From Candidatus Omnitrophota bacterium (GTDB lineage: Bacteria > Omnitrophota > Gorgyraeia > Zapsychrales > Zapsychraceae): DNA of 64,000 bases. The stretch lies in contig JAJDCA010000075.1 of NCBI GenBank assembly GCA_029261055.1, positions 77,573-141,572 on the forward strand. Direction: 5' to 3'. Both the position numbers and the translations under genes were made by a program. Of this stretch, positions 12,001-27,000 are shown piece by piece. Position 1 is the stretch's first letter. The number at the start of each line of letters is the position of its first letter. The notes under the pieces were generated by a model, which was not told where the DNA came from, ran no database searches, and was given only the letters and a program-made list of their open reading frames with translations.

Positions 12001-15000
12001 TATTAGTAAGAGTTATCAATGTGTTGATATTTGGTATCAATTTTGTTGTTGGTTATATTTGGGGCATGTTCCCTCGTATTAGAATATCGCTGAATGTAAT
12101 ATTGGCATCCAGTAAAATTCTCATTAACAAAGGGAATGTCATTTATGGAGGTTTATATGAAGATGTTTCGGAGGGAGGTTCACCCAAAGAATATTTTGAA
12201 GCCGTGGGGCTGGGGAGTTATGTAGGTATTCAGTATTTACGTAATTCTGTATTGGAAGGAGAAGAATTTGGATTTCATGCCTTTACCATAGTCCGTAAAG
12301 TGAGTAGTCGATTTTTTACGTTAACGTGGCCTTTTCTTGCCTTGCTCTTTGCTTCTTCGACCCAAAGTTTTTGGGAAAAAATAATATCTCAAGATTTTTG
12401 GGGAAAAATAGAGCTCACGGATTTAGCGATATCGTATGGCATGTCTATAGGATTCTTTTGGCTGACATTAATACGAAAAAATTTAAAGTATCAATTCTTA
12501 AAAGGGAGATTTAGGAGAATTATTCGAAATAAATGGGTGTGGCTTCATGGATTAAAAAATAGTCGTATTGAGGCTTTGCAGGCATTGAGGGCGGCTCGAG
12601 AGAGAGAAATGTCTGCCCCACAACCTAATGTCGATATGATTATTGTTGTTGTTGGCGACAGTAAGGATAACGAGAAGCAGGTCGCTTTTGAGAATATGTT
12701 TGCCGGTTCTGAAGGTACTATTTGGCGAAATGATGTCCCGGTATTGATCGTAAGAAATAATCCTGGTAAAGGAAGTGGAAATGCACTTTTAAAGATGGCA
12801 GAACTTTTTGAAAATATTCAATCTCCTGCACTACAGGTTATAGATGCCATGCAAGATGATCCTGATATAACAATGGTTAATAAGGGGGTTCAAGTGAACG
12901 CCCTTGATCATTTAACGGGTAAAAATATTGAAGATTTAAGTATTATTGTAGCTACCAATGGACACGATGTGGATCCAAGCAAAAAAGAGTTATTATTCCC
13001 CGGGCTGGAGCAAAAGCTCGCCACACTGGAATATCAACTATCTAATGGTTATCTGGGAGCGCAATATGATAAAGATAATGCGAAAAATGGGCTGATTTTT
13101 CTTGATGGTGAGGGTGTTTATTTAGGGCCTGTAGAGCGAAGAGGAGATATTACATTGCTTTCAGCCATGGTCAGTTTAAAGAAAGTTCGCAAAGGCTTAG
13201 CCTTTTTTCATAGTAATTCTGAGGACGATGAAGAAGGCATTAAAAATATTTATGATAAATTTGCATTTGATTTTGTTCGGGAAAATCATCCACTCCGATT
13301 TGAGTGGCATGAGTTAAAAAAAGAACAAGTTCCAGTTGTTACCGGTGTGAAGCTTGTGAGTTTTAAATTTTTGTCGCTGCTCAATGATTTGCAGGCCCAC
13401 TTAACACAGGTTGAAAATGGTGAGAAGGATTATGAAGACATTTTAGCCACTATTAAAGATGCGGATGTAAGGAAAAAACTCACGAAATACAGAAAAAAGA
13501 TTGCCGGCATAAGGAATTTACCGATACGGATTTCCGACATTATAACGCCTGTCTTGCGCATAAGTACCGGGGCAGATAAGAAGCTTATCAAGTACCTTGA
13601 GGTTTATTACGCCGGAATGAAGAAAAGTTTACGGAATTTAAAATATAAGAAAAGCCCAACGGAAAATGAAGATATCGTTACTTTTTATGCTGAATTGTTT
13701 AAGTTTTATCGGGAATGGTTTAAAGGTAGAAGGAGTCAACCTTTTAGCTTTTATTCTCCACAGGTTACGCATGACGAGGCATTTTATTTTAAGAGGTTCA
13801 AAGATGAATCTAAATACAAAGATGATTTAGATGAATTTAACTCCATAGTGGAGGAAGCTGAAAATAATAAAAAATCAAGGGGAGCAGTGAAAAAGGCCGC
13901 CGGTTTCTTATTAGCCGCTATTGGAATTGCATGGGCTATACTACCGGCCAAAACTTTCGGCGATGATCTTTTAAGTCCTATCGGTCAGGCGTTGGCAGAG
14001 ACCTCTTCCTTTTGGCAATGGGTGACGATGGCGATAGGTGTTGGCGTATTTGGTTTTTTCTTGAAAGAATCTAGTATTCTGGTCAGCCAAGAAAATAAAT
14101 TTTGGGAAGAAATGAACCGTCGGGATCATGACGAGACAGTTCGTGAAAGAAAGATTAAGTGGCGGTTTCATAACAGAGGGGATGAAATTCTCGACACCGT
14201 TAAAATGGTACATGAAACAACCATTCAGCGGGCTGTTCGGAGTCCCGGCTACATTGAAACATTGTCGATGACTTTATTCTGGAGCCGTCTGCTCGTAGGG
14301 TTCAATAAATTTCGGAATGACCGGGTCACCGGACGGGTCAGGGCGATTGATTATCTCGTCAAGAAAATACAGGAGAACTGGTATCATTTGCCTTTTGCCG
14401 GGGTTATGGCCGCATTAGCCGGGCCGATTGCGCATGCTAATGATATGTTTTCAGGGCAAATTGTTTCCGGGAAAAAGGTGGGGCAAGCACTTCTTGATGT
14501 GTCCATAGGAGATTTAAACGATGAGAAGGGTATTTTTTCCACTGCGATAACGGATAAAGCCGGCACGATGCACTTGCCGCCAAACGAGAAGGCGTATGTT
14601 CTATTGGCCTCTAAACAATTTCGTATTAAGAATCCGGACGGAACATTCCAACAGCCTTCGATTTTAAAAACGCCCAAAGAAAATTTGGAATTTATGCTGA
14701 AACAATTACAGTCAGAATCACCGGTGGGAGTTATTACGATGAAAGATGTCATTATTGCTATCCCGAGGGATGAACGTAATGACGAGCTTGCTTTAACCAT
14801 TGAGCGTCAGGGGGCTACCGTGTTGCGTTCAGACAAGTATTTAAATTCTGTGTCTGTGCAGGTTGTCCTGCGTGCGAAAGCAGTGCCTGAAGAGCAACGA
14901 ATCACGGCAGCCATGGGCGTATTTACGCTGGATGAGAATGGGTTGGCTGGAATTTTGGCGCAGGGTCAGGACGGAGTTCTTTCGGCAAGAGTTGTTCCGG

Positions 15001-18000
15001 AAAGTTTTAGAAATTCTATGTTGATTGAAAAGGACGGGTTTCGTAAGGCTGCCTTCACACGATCGGAGATACTAACTTTAGCTAATTTTGATATTTTCAG
15101 CCCTGATGAAGATAGTGATGCCGCCGCTAAAGAGTATTCTCGCAGCGATAAACTATTGGCTAACTCATGGATGAAAGAAGTGAAGGAGGCCAGAAAGAAA
15201 GATTTTAGTAAATATGAAAATACGTATGATCGAAAGAGACATGTGTATCAAGTTGCGCATGACTTTAAAATGGATGCACCTTCCTTTATGAACAAAACAC
15301 GGACCGCTATCAAAATATTAAACGATGGGACAACGTTAGCATCTTTGGGATTTATAACGACAAGAACTTGGGATCAGGAATTAACCGAACAGGATTTAGC
15401 TCCCCGTGTCGAAGGGGACAAAGGCAAGGTATTTATCCTTGGGATTATTAAGGATTATTCTGGGTTACAGCTTAACGAGAAACCCATTCCTGGTGTCAGA
15501 ATTAATCCACAAACTGGTGACGCGGTGGTGCATATTGTTTCGTTTTACGACTCAGGGCGTGTGACTATTAGTAGGGTGGTGTTTAAATTGCGCATAGGAC
15601 CTCTTAATCAGCAATTAAGTCTTGAAAAAGGCAATCCGTCAGAGGGGAAGGTCCGGTATGATTTGGCCGTGGTGTATGACCTGTTGGGGTATTACCGGGA
15701 AGCCATAGATCAAATCAAGAAAGGATTGAAAGTTCGTGGCGCTGAAAAAAATATTTATAAAAAATTGAGTGTATTGAAGATTAATACTAAAGGTTTGCGT
15801 GTGCTGGACGGCACAAAACATTGGTCCGGTGTTAAATCTGCCATAAGAGGTTTTAAAAAAGTGGCGAAAGCAATAAAAGACTTTAAAGAAAAGAATGGGC
15901 ATGATTTAGATTTGTCCCTTTATCCGAAGGACATGGTTCGACGATTATATGAATTTATGGGAGACGCGATTTACAGGAACGATCCATACAAGGCGGCACG
16001 GTTTTATCGGGAGGCCTTGAAAATGGCCCCGCATAATCTTGGCTTGTACAAAAAATATTATGACCAAATCTTAAAAGATTCTTTGGATAAGTATTTTGTC
16101 CTTTTGGAAGATTTCATGAAAAGAAACAAAAGAGATCCCGATGGTAAGGAAAAGTTAGACATGGTGTTGTTTCAGATTGGCATCAGGGTGGAAAATTTTA
16201 AGGGGTGGTTTCACCTTCAGGACAATTTAAGTGAGGGGGAATTAGAAAGGCTGGGCCACCGATTAATTCTCAAAACCGCTTTGGAGGACGAGCATCCGGA
16301 TTATCGGACATGGTGGTATTTATATATTGAACAATTATTGAAAGACCTTAATGAGATGAGTCAGGGTGATTTGGTCTCACGGTATGAGTCTTTCGGTATA
16401 ACCGATACTCTTGCACATAATGTGATTGTTTACCGGGAAAAATTAGATCAGGGACAAAAAATGCGCCTGTATCAACTTTCCGATATCAAACAGTGGCATA
16501 CAGGGGAAAATAAGGGCCTGATTGTAAATTTATTGTATCCAAAGACAGAATTCATTGAGCAATTATTTCATTTTAAACGCGGTAAATTAAATGAACTGGC
16601 TAATGAGTCTATTCCTTCGGAAACAACGAAAGGAAGTAATGAGCAAGCCGGCATTAAATCTTTCAGTACAGAAATAGAAGCAGGTCTGGTGGCCAAACAT
16701 GACTACGAATATCAAAGCAAAATTTTTTCTTTGGCGTGGGCGCACCGTGATCGGGCCGTTGAGCTTTTGGGTTATGGCGACAGCGTTGGGGCTGAACGAG
16801 AATATAATACCGCCATCAATCTGTTTAAAGGCAATCGGGTTTATTTTGAAGGGGTCTTTCCTATGGATGCGCAAACGGCTTTGGGACATATTTTTAATGA
16901 GATGTTCTGGATTTTTTCAAAAGAAAAATATAAAAAATTTGCCATAGATAGTTTTCAAGTCGTGATTGATAGAGAGTTATTTGATATTGATTATAGAAAG
17001 GGTTATCAAGCGGATAAAAAACTTCCGGGTTTTCAGGAAGAAAGAGTTCGAGATTTCGGAGAGCTGGGGCAATTATTTTCGATGGGAGATCGGTTTTATG
17101 CTTCTTATGCCAGGGAACAGTTGAAACGTTTAATGGACCCACAACAATACGATGCTTTAATTCAAGATGTAGAAAAATATATGATCTTACTTAAGAGGGC
17201 GCAAGAGCCAGAACAAAGCACACAAGATAATAAAGGAAATGAAAAGAAAAATTGGGATGATTTACGGGTGACGATTGAGAATATTTTTAAAGTCGCAGAA
17301 AAAAATCTACTGGATAAGGGCGCGGTGGGGTTTAAAATTCAAAAAGCGTTTAGAAAGGCAGAGTTAATAGAAGGCGTAGATGAGGAAAGTTTTTCAATCA
17401 AAGATTATTTAGGAAGCTTCACTTCAAAGGAAGATGCGACCAGTGCAGCAGAGACGTTAAATACTGAAAACAATGTCACCCAATATAATCCGTACGTCGC
17501 CGACTTCCTCATTTGGTTAGCCCAGGCATGGCAAGAGCATTGGGCGTCGCGAAAGGATTCTTCATCAGACGATTCCTCTAACGGTCGGACTATCTTGTCG
17601 ATCATTCTTTGGTTTGCCTTTCTTCCAACTCTCTTATTCACATGGGCCATGCAGGTAGCCGTTTCCTCTGGCGCTAATTTCTTTGGGCCAATCGGGAATG
17701 CTGTTGCCGAGCCGTCGTCTATAGGGACGGTAGGGACGTGGGTGGGGGCATTTTTAGGGATGATGGGGATTTTGGGGCGTATTTATATGACGGGTCAAAA
17801 TACGAATGCTCGTACAGAGGAAGAGAAAGAAATGCAAAGCCATTTTGATCCAGGGGCTGGGTTGGGGTTTTTAAAAAGTATGTTAGGGACAAAATTATTA
17901 TCCGTGAATCAAGCTTCTGATTCCGGTCAGGAAGCAGCTAAAGAAGAATCGGTTGAGCATAAAAGGTTTGCGCTTTTAATGTCGAGGCTTAGCGTGCATA

Positions 18001-21000
18001 TGTTGAAATTTATGGGCAAGGATTTAAAAGACAATACATCCGGCCTTTTTAGAGCCAGGGAGTTTATCGCTAAAGAGTTGCGTTTAGTTTGGCACCATTT
18101 CCCTTTTTCCGGTGTTATTGCAGTTTTGTCTCAGGAATTTGAAAAATTGAGAAATATGTATAGTGGCGAAGTTATGGTCGGCAGGGAAATGGGCGAAGGA
18201 CCTACTTTTGATGTTATTCCGGGGGATTTTGAAAAGAAAAAAGGTTTTATGGACGACAATGTATTGGGCACTCTTATTTCTATGGGCGTGACAGATGAAT
18301 ATGGTGTCAGGCATGTGCCTCCGAATATTGATGCGGAGGTGATTTTGTTGGGAGAAAAATTTAGGCATGCAAAAATTTCCATCAACAATACCCCTGCAGA
18401 AAATTTGGCTATTATGAAGCGATACATAAATAAAGACTACAAGGATTTACGCATAGCGGTTCCATTAGGCAAGAAATATGACAGGCTGGCGAAGGCCATT
18501 CGTCAAACAGGGGCTCAGGTCATACGTCTTGATGATGAATGGACCGGTCCTATATTTGCCTTGAGTGATTACGATCGTATCCCCGGAGAAAAACGCTTGG
18601 ATGCCATTATGGGGGTTAGGCCATTAAATCAGGCGGTGTTGTCAGCTATTCAAGTGATAACGATGGGCGGCCGGATACGTGCCAGAGTCGTGCCTAAAAA
18701 TATTTCAGCCAGACGCGTGGCGCATGAAATAAGTGACGACGATGTATTTTCTTATGAAGAAGTGATCCTGTTAGCTAAATTTAATATATTCAGACCGCAA
18801 AGATTTTATAGAAGAGGAACTATAACGGATGATGACGCTCGCGCATGGTTGCAAAGAATTGAAAAGGCAATAATTAATAGGGATGTGTCATCAAGGATGG
18901 GAAGAATTATCGGGAATAAAAGATATGCTTATCAAGTCGCGCATGACTTTCAGATGACATTGAGAGAGTTTGTGAGAAAAACTGAGATGGCGCTTATGCA
19001 AATAGGGAAAAAAGAAACATTCCAAACCCTTGGTTTTAAGGGGGCGGAAGACTGGGATAAAGAATGGACCGAAGAAGATTTGGCGCCGCAGCATAAAGAA
19101 GATCATGGCAAAGTATTTATCGTCGGGATAATCAAAAATTTTAATTGGATGTATGCAGATATAGCAGATAAAACCCCTGTATTGGGCGTCCGCATTGATC
19201 ACAATACTGGGGTTGCCAAAATTAACGTCATTGTAGCCGGAGCTTCAGGGAAAATTGATATTGTCGAGACAACATACAAAACCGTCATCAGCACTGAGCG
19301 TGAGAAATTGGAAAAAATTAAAAGGGTAGGTAATAAAAAAGTAGAAGCAGCCATAGCGTTAAGCATGGGATTAGCCGAAGCTGGACATTTTGCCTTGGCT
19401 TTGAACAATCTGAAAGAAGCCTTGGAATGGGATGGAACAAGCCCCACACAAAAAAATGATTTAGAGCTTATGATATACAATATTCAAGGATTAAAGGCAC
19501 TCACAGAAACCCCAAAGTTAGAGGATATAGAAACAGCGGTTATTCCTCAATTTAAAAAATCCCAGGAGAAAGCGGGGGCAAACGATACGTATCGTCTTGG
19601 CCATATGCTCAGGAGAGTGTATGAATACTTAGGAGATGCGTATAAAAATCAAAAGAAATATTCTACGGCCATTAAGTATTATCATAAGGCTTTAAATCAA
19701 AATCATCAGGATAGTTTTCTTTATAATAAATTGTTTAAACAGGTGATGGAGAAAACCATCGCACGGTATAGAAGACAAATACAGCAAAGGATTAAGATAG
19801 CAGGAAGTTACGAGGGACTAAAATCCTTTAAAGTAAGGATAGTATTTAAAACGCGTTTTAAATCAAGGCATCTTAAGCATAAAGAAGATCCGAATAGAAT
19901 GTTACGTCAATTTTTACTGCGGGCGATTTTGAAAGAAGAGAAAAAATATTATCATACACTTTTAATACGTTATTGGGATCAGCTGCAACGGGACATTAAT
20001 CAACTTTCGGGAGATGCTTTAGTACGTCGTTACGGGGAATTGGGTATGGATGCAAATAAGGTTAGGTTTTTGACGGCATACAAGAAAGGGGAGTGGTATC
20101 ACTGGCTAATATTTTGGAAGAAGAATCGGATGAGAGCCATAGGGCTTTATCAGATAGATAAGGTCAAGAGATGGGATTATGGTTTTATTACGCGGTTAAT
20201 GCTTCCGGGTAAAGAGGTTATTGAAAAGTTATTTAATATCAGAGGTGGGCTGGCCAATGAATCAGAAAGAGAAGATATCCCTTCAGTGGAGGATCCGGTT
20301 GCTATGTTAGGCATGCGTCTTAAATTTTCCAGAGAAGAGCAACGGGAAGGTATTGTGAGAATGGATATAGGAAGGAATTATCAAAGGGAGGCTTTTTCCT
20401 TGGCGATGACGTTCCGGGATATAGGGGCCGAGTTATTTAGTGATGGACAGAAAAAAGGGGCTGAAAAAAATTATCGTCAGGCAACGGAGATACTTGAAAA
20501 AAATAGAGAACATTTTGAAGCGATATTTACTTTGACCGCTCAATTAAGACTGGCTGAAATCTATGAAGAAATGGAACAATTTTTTCCGGATCAAGGATAT
20601 TTAGACAGAGCGATCCTGGCCTATGAAATTATGACGGATAAAGAAAAATTTTATGAGGCGTATAAATATTTTAATGGGAAAGAGCGGAACCGACGAGATT
20701 TTGAAGGGATTATAGAATTTTATGGAAAAGAATTAATCAGGCGGGCCCAAGAACGGTTAAATCAATTACAGCCCTCCGAAGAGAAATCAAAAAAGAAGGA
20801 TAAGAAAGATGAAATACTTCGTACGATATCTTTATTGGGGCAGGCTCATATTCAGGCGGATCATTTAACAGAAGCAGAATTAACGAAAGCAAATACAAAG
20901 ATAGAATCTCTTGTTCAAAAAGGACGTGAATCGGAGCATATACAGACTACGGTTATTATTACCAGAGAAAATGAACATAGTAAATTTGTGAGGGCTGGCC

Positions 21001-24000
21001 TGAATTTTTTAAGGATTATTCAAGATGAGGATCTGTGGAAGGATGAAGGTATTCATATTTTTAGCGACGCCATCATCAAAGCTTATCAATTAGATGAAAA
21101 TGAAATTATTCTTTTTAATAGGTTGGTTAATATTAAAGCAGAAGTGAACGAGAAGGATAATTTGGACAGTGCTGAAGCTCATCAACACAAATCCCCCATA
21201 CCCAAAGTCATCTTAATGGGGCTGTTTGGTGTGCCGGGGGGGATTCTTACGTTTTTATTCGCTTCGCCATGGGTGGGGCCAGTTCTTTTGGTTTTGGCGG
21301 CGGTGTTCGGAATAGTAATACTGGCGGATATTATTGCATTTGGATGGATGATGTGGCGCGGGGCTGGGATAAGAAAAAGTACATTTTTTGAAAAAGTAGG
21401 ATTGGCTCAGCGAAGAGGAATGCTCCCCGCTGATTTATCCATAGACAAAATAAAAATTTCTAAGGACGGACGTTTAGGTTTATGGCAAAGCGCAGCATAT
21501 ATAGACGGCATTATCTATGTGCGGAGGGAGGCGGCGTATTCGCTTAATGCATTAGTTCGTCTGCTTCGGCATGAGATATATCATATGAATCAGAATGGTC
21601 TTGATCCACCTGTCCCTGTTGCTAACGTCCTGCTGCGAACTCCTTATCTTGCTGTGTATTATCTTTTTTCTTTCCTTTATTATTTATACCACGAACTATC
21701 CGCTGAGCTTTCCGAAAGGGCACCGGAACACCGCAGCCGTCATACAGAAAAAACACGGGAGATTTTTAAGAAAATAAATTTCCCCCACCTCAAGACTCAA
21801 CAGAAAAAAGATATTAGAAGGCTTATTAATGATTTGACCGAGTTTGGCCTTGACCAAGAAATCATTCAAGATATTGCGGATGTCTTGAGTATTGTTGATA
21901 AAAAATATACGTATACACCCGTTCGGCGTACTTTTGATGAAGCACAAAAAGTAGTTCAAGAATGGCATAAGAGACACGTTAATTTTGATGAAGTTCCTGA
22001 TGAGGCTGTTTTGGTTGGTGTGCTCCTTTATGATATCGGAAGAATTTTTATTCCCCACAAGATACTTTACAAAAAAGGATTACTTACACCGAAAGAAAAA
22101 GAAATCTTTAATAAAAAATTACAGTTAGGGACAAAATTTCTCGGCCTTATTCCGGGAATGAAAGACGTAACGGAAATTATTTTGTATCATTCGAAAGAAT
22201 ATTTTGGTGGAAGCGAATATTCCCAGGGCTTAGAAGGAAAATCTGCTCCCCTTGGCGCACGCATTGCCGCGGTGTTTGATGCTGTCGATGCTATGACATC
22301 AAACCTACCTTATCGTAAAAAGATATCCCGAGAAGAAGCGGTCATTGAGTTAGATAAACATAAAGAGTATCAGTTTGATTCGGATGTGGTGGATGCCTTT
22401 CTATCTGTTTATTCAGCAAACCGTCAGCCGTCAGGTTTACAACAAACAGAAAAAAATGTACGTATGCAACAAGATAGGGGTGACCTAAACACAGATGCAT
22501 TGTCCAGAATATTTAGAAGTATTTTGGAGAAAGTTGGAGAGCTCAAAGAAAAATTATACACTGACAAATTGACAGGCCTTAAGAATGTTGAATTTTATGA
22601 AGAAAATATTGCTTCAATTATTCGCAGTGCTCATGAGGCAAAACAACCACTTGCCGTGATCATGCTGGATATTGATCATTTTGGAAATGTTAATAATCAT
22701 TATGGACATGATGCAGGTGATCTTGTTTTAAAGAACGCTACCCACATTATTTCCCATGCCCTGCGCGATGATGATGATATTTTTAAAGTTATACGCAAAG
22801 GCGGCGAAGAAATTTATATTATTCTTCCGGGAGTAACGGAAGAAAATGCCATAAAAATTGCCGAAAGGATAAAAGAATTTCTGTCTTGGATTAGTCGAGA
22901 AGATGGCGAACGACTTACAGATCGTACTGCCGTTGATAGCGAAGGTCGCAGATTAACGCTTACCGTCAGCCAAGGTATTGAGGTATATACCCCTGATTCT
23001 TCTAAAGAATTTCTTTCGGATGATGATGTACAGCAAATAAAAACCGACTTGGGAAAACACTCTGATGCCGCATTGTATATCATCAAGGAAAATGGACGGA
23101 ATGGGTATAGGGTGTATCAGCCAGGGGATGAGGTAAAGGCTGAGGAACAATCTTCCGCTGGGAATAAGGGGACTAGTGCTTTGGCTGAAGAACCTCAGAA
23201 TTTGAGGGATCATATAAAAGAAAAGCATGCGGATCTTAGTGAACATGGAATTGTGGCTTTCGAGACGGATAAAGTTGAGAACGAAGTATCTTTTAATGCG
23301 GATGGTGCGGAATTGGTAAAGCGTCTTGAAGTAGAGAAGGGTATTACATTTAAGGAACAGGTGATTAAACTTAAAGATAAAAAAGGAAATAAGAATGGAA
23401 AAATACTTAAGGTGACTATTCCAGTTAATGCGCACCTTTCAGAGAATGCGCTTATGGCTCTTTTGCAAACGGCTCTGGCCGTGGCAGACCTACGCGATCT
23501 TCCTGATGACAAACCGTATTATCTTATTCCCGCCGCTTACATCCTTTCCCCAGATAATCAAGACAGTTCTTCTTCCCATCTCGCTGGTGTATATCCTAAT
23601 GCACGCTTGGTTTTTCTTTCTAATGAAATTCTTTACGGGGCATCTCAAAATAACGACGGGCCACCCGCATTTGTTACTCTGTTAAACGCACAATTTACAG
23701 GAACGCTTATGATTCGTAAAGGTGGAAAGAAGGTTAAGGTTGAGCCAGAAGAAATTGGTTTGGGTGATTTCTTTTTACGTCTTATTATCCGGCATGAGTT
23801 TAGACATATTGCCTATCCGAATCTTAGCGAAGAAGATTTGATGGCCTTTGATGCTTTTGACTTAATTACTTTTGCTCGGAGTATTAATGTGAAGGATAAA
23901 GAAATTGTCAAGAAAGTTGCCAGTGCACTTTTAGCGGAGAAAGTTATTAGTCAGGATTTTTACAATGCGATTGTAGGTTCAAATATATTACTAATTTACA

Positions 24001-27000
24001 AAAATGATAAATATCAGAAGCTTATTAAACATACGGTTTCAAAAAAAGATTTTGTTGCCCTTGATGGTGTAAAGATACAGGAACGCCTAGGAGGAACAGG
24101 ATCTCTGTTTATTGGTTATCCACGAGAATGGATACGATTAGTTAAATATCCTTTTGCTCCAATTAATTTTGATGTGGAATATGGATTTGTTACAAAAGTG
24201 CGCCTCCTTGATAGTTTGGGGTATGTATTTAAGGAAGAAATATTATTACGGAAAGAATCGGCAAATGGAAGCTTCTTGGGGACAATAGCTTCCCGAATAA
24301 ATAAAGATGAGTTCTTTAAATTTGATAAAGTGTGGATTAGAGGTAAAGTTTTAAGTGCTATGGGCATTTTAAGAGTTGGAAGAAAGGATCCTTGGATGTA
24401 TTTAGGTGCTAATTATGATGGTTATCCCGTAGACTTTTATGTTGAACAGGGGATGGTAACTAGAATCCATATTTTTGATGAGGAGGGAAAGCATGTAATA
24501 AAAAAATTGGAAGCAGCACGCGTATATGACTCCTACGGCCAGTTCATTAATGTCATATTTGGCGATATAACTCCTGCTGCGTTGGCAAAATTAGATGGAG
24601 TCATTATCAAAGATGTGCCTCTTCAAGAAAATGGCGACCTTATTTTCGGAACTATCAACTGGACTAGTTTTGAAAATTATCCAGGGGGTAAGGCAGATAT
24701 CCGGATTGTTAAAGGTAAGGTTGTTTTTGCTAAAATCGTGGAAGACGGTTGTTGTCAACGGGTGAACACTCGTGCTGGAGAAGGTTTTGGACAGACCCGA
24801 AGGAAAATATTATTAAAAGGCGAGCTGGCTCTACAGGAGCACATTGAGGTTTCTTTGAAGTCGGCAGGTATTTTAGATGCGCAGGCTGGGGATATTGCAC
24901 AAGTACTGGTGCGGCTTAAAGAAAATTCATTAGCCATACTCGTTAAGGATGGTCTACTTTCCAAAGAAGACGCCGATGCCTTAAGAGCATCTCGGTATCA
25001 AGCATCGGATGTTCAGGCCAATCTCGCGCATAGCTTACTTTTGCAGGCGTCGACCTATCAAAACTATGGCCTCTCACGTGGTCTGATTGATTTTCTTCTT
25101 CAGCCTATGTGGGCCTTATTGGACATAAATGCTCTTGACTATGATCTTAAGAAGAAGCTTGAAGCGTTCATACCTGAAAATAATCAAGATATAGGGACCC
25201 TTCTTTCCGAGGATCAAAATACTCTGGCAAAGAAATTAATTGAGTATATGGAGCTCTTCACACATATTCCGGTAAAGGAACCAAGAAATAAGATTCTTCC
25301 CCAGTCCAGGATAGACACTCTGCTCGCGCCGTTATTGGATCAGATGGATATTAATCAGATAGATAATAGAATTTATCAAGAAATCCGTACATATGAAGGT
25401 CGGGGATATTCGCTTGTCATGGACGGGCGGCTTAGATCATCTTCTAAAGAGCCTCTGAATGCGCAACGACTTGGGCATAAATTTCAGGAGCAAATACGCT
25501 TGTTTAAAGATCATGGCCTTCATGAGAAATTGATTGCATTTTTGTTTCAAACCCATCTTTTTCCGTGGGAGACCATCGCACGTTTTCTGCGGACTTACAG
25601 GCTCTTTAAAGATGTCACCAGAATTTGGGAAGCCTTGAGTTCTGATAATGTTGAAGCTCATATTAGAGAAGGGCTTAAAGATAGAGATGGTCAGCCAGGG
25701 ACTTTAGATAGAGAAAAACATCTCAAGAAATATGACCCAAATAAAACACCCGTTGCAGATTTAAATTCGCTTTTGGCAGATTTGAAATTCAGGAAAAATA
25801 TTTTAGACCTACTTCAGCAGGGCCCCGAATCCGTGGAATTTTCTTATGAGGTGGTTTATACGGATAATCAGATGCCCGTGGTGCAGTTTTATAAAAATAA
25901 CCTTCCGGATGATTTTAAGAATTTTGATTTTAATGAAATTACACAATTTATTTTTACAACACGTGCGCAAGGTCATGAATTATTTTTTGAGGTGACCGAA
26001 GTTATGGATGCTGGTAAATGGAAGGCTAAATTACGGAATGTTGGTCAGGGATCCATAGATTTACCCAACAAAGGCAAGCTGACCATAGTACCAGTTGCGG
26101 ATGTGAATACAGATCTTGAATCAAAAGCGGTTGATCAAATTATAGAAGATCAGAAAAATATTGATAAAGGAGATAAGCGCCCTGATAAATTTAGTCGACT
26201 TTTTGGATTGGCTCCACTCACACAGGACTCAAGGCCGACAACGGTTGAACATATTATGGATGAAAAGATTCCCTATCGTCTTAAACCGGGATCTATAGAT
26301 GAATATACAGGGGATCAGAGTCAGGAAACAGCCGTTCATTTAGCTTCGAATAATACAGAGGTAGTTTACATCGACGGGCCTGTCGGCACCGGGAAGACCA
26401 CGGTTATTGTAGAAATTATCCGTCAGGCTGTTTTGCAGGGCAAAAATGTCCTTCTGGTATCTCAAATGCATCGAGCTGTGGATAATGCTTTGTTAAAACT
26501 TTTAGAAGCCGATCCGGAAATTCCGGTTCTTCGCCTCGGAAAAGATCCATCACGTTTTGAGGAGGAATTCAAAAAGAAATTTTTAGATCAAGTTTGGCCG
26601 GGAGTTGTTGAAAAAGGACGAAACAATTCCGGAAGAGGAGATCCTCAAAGAGTGAAAAGAGTCCTGGATACGTTTGCTGAGAAACAAAAATCAGGAAAAG
26701 GATGGGTTATTGCTGCAAGCAGTACTGGTGTTGCGCTGGACCATATGTTTCTTGGTCGTGGTGTTGATGAAAAAGTTGTTGATTTGTTTGTTATGGATGA
26801 AGGTAGTAAGGAGAGAACGACAGGCGGGTTTGTTCCTATGCGTTTTGTAAAGGACGATGGTAAAATAGTAGTTTTTGGTGATATTAAGCAGCTTCCTCCA
26901 CATCCTTTGAGTAACGCACAAGTCAAATATCTTAAAGCACAGGGCATATCAAAAAAAGATATGGATGTCTTTAATATGAGTATTCTGGAATGGTTATTGA

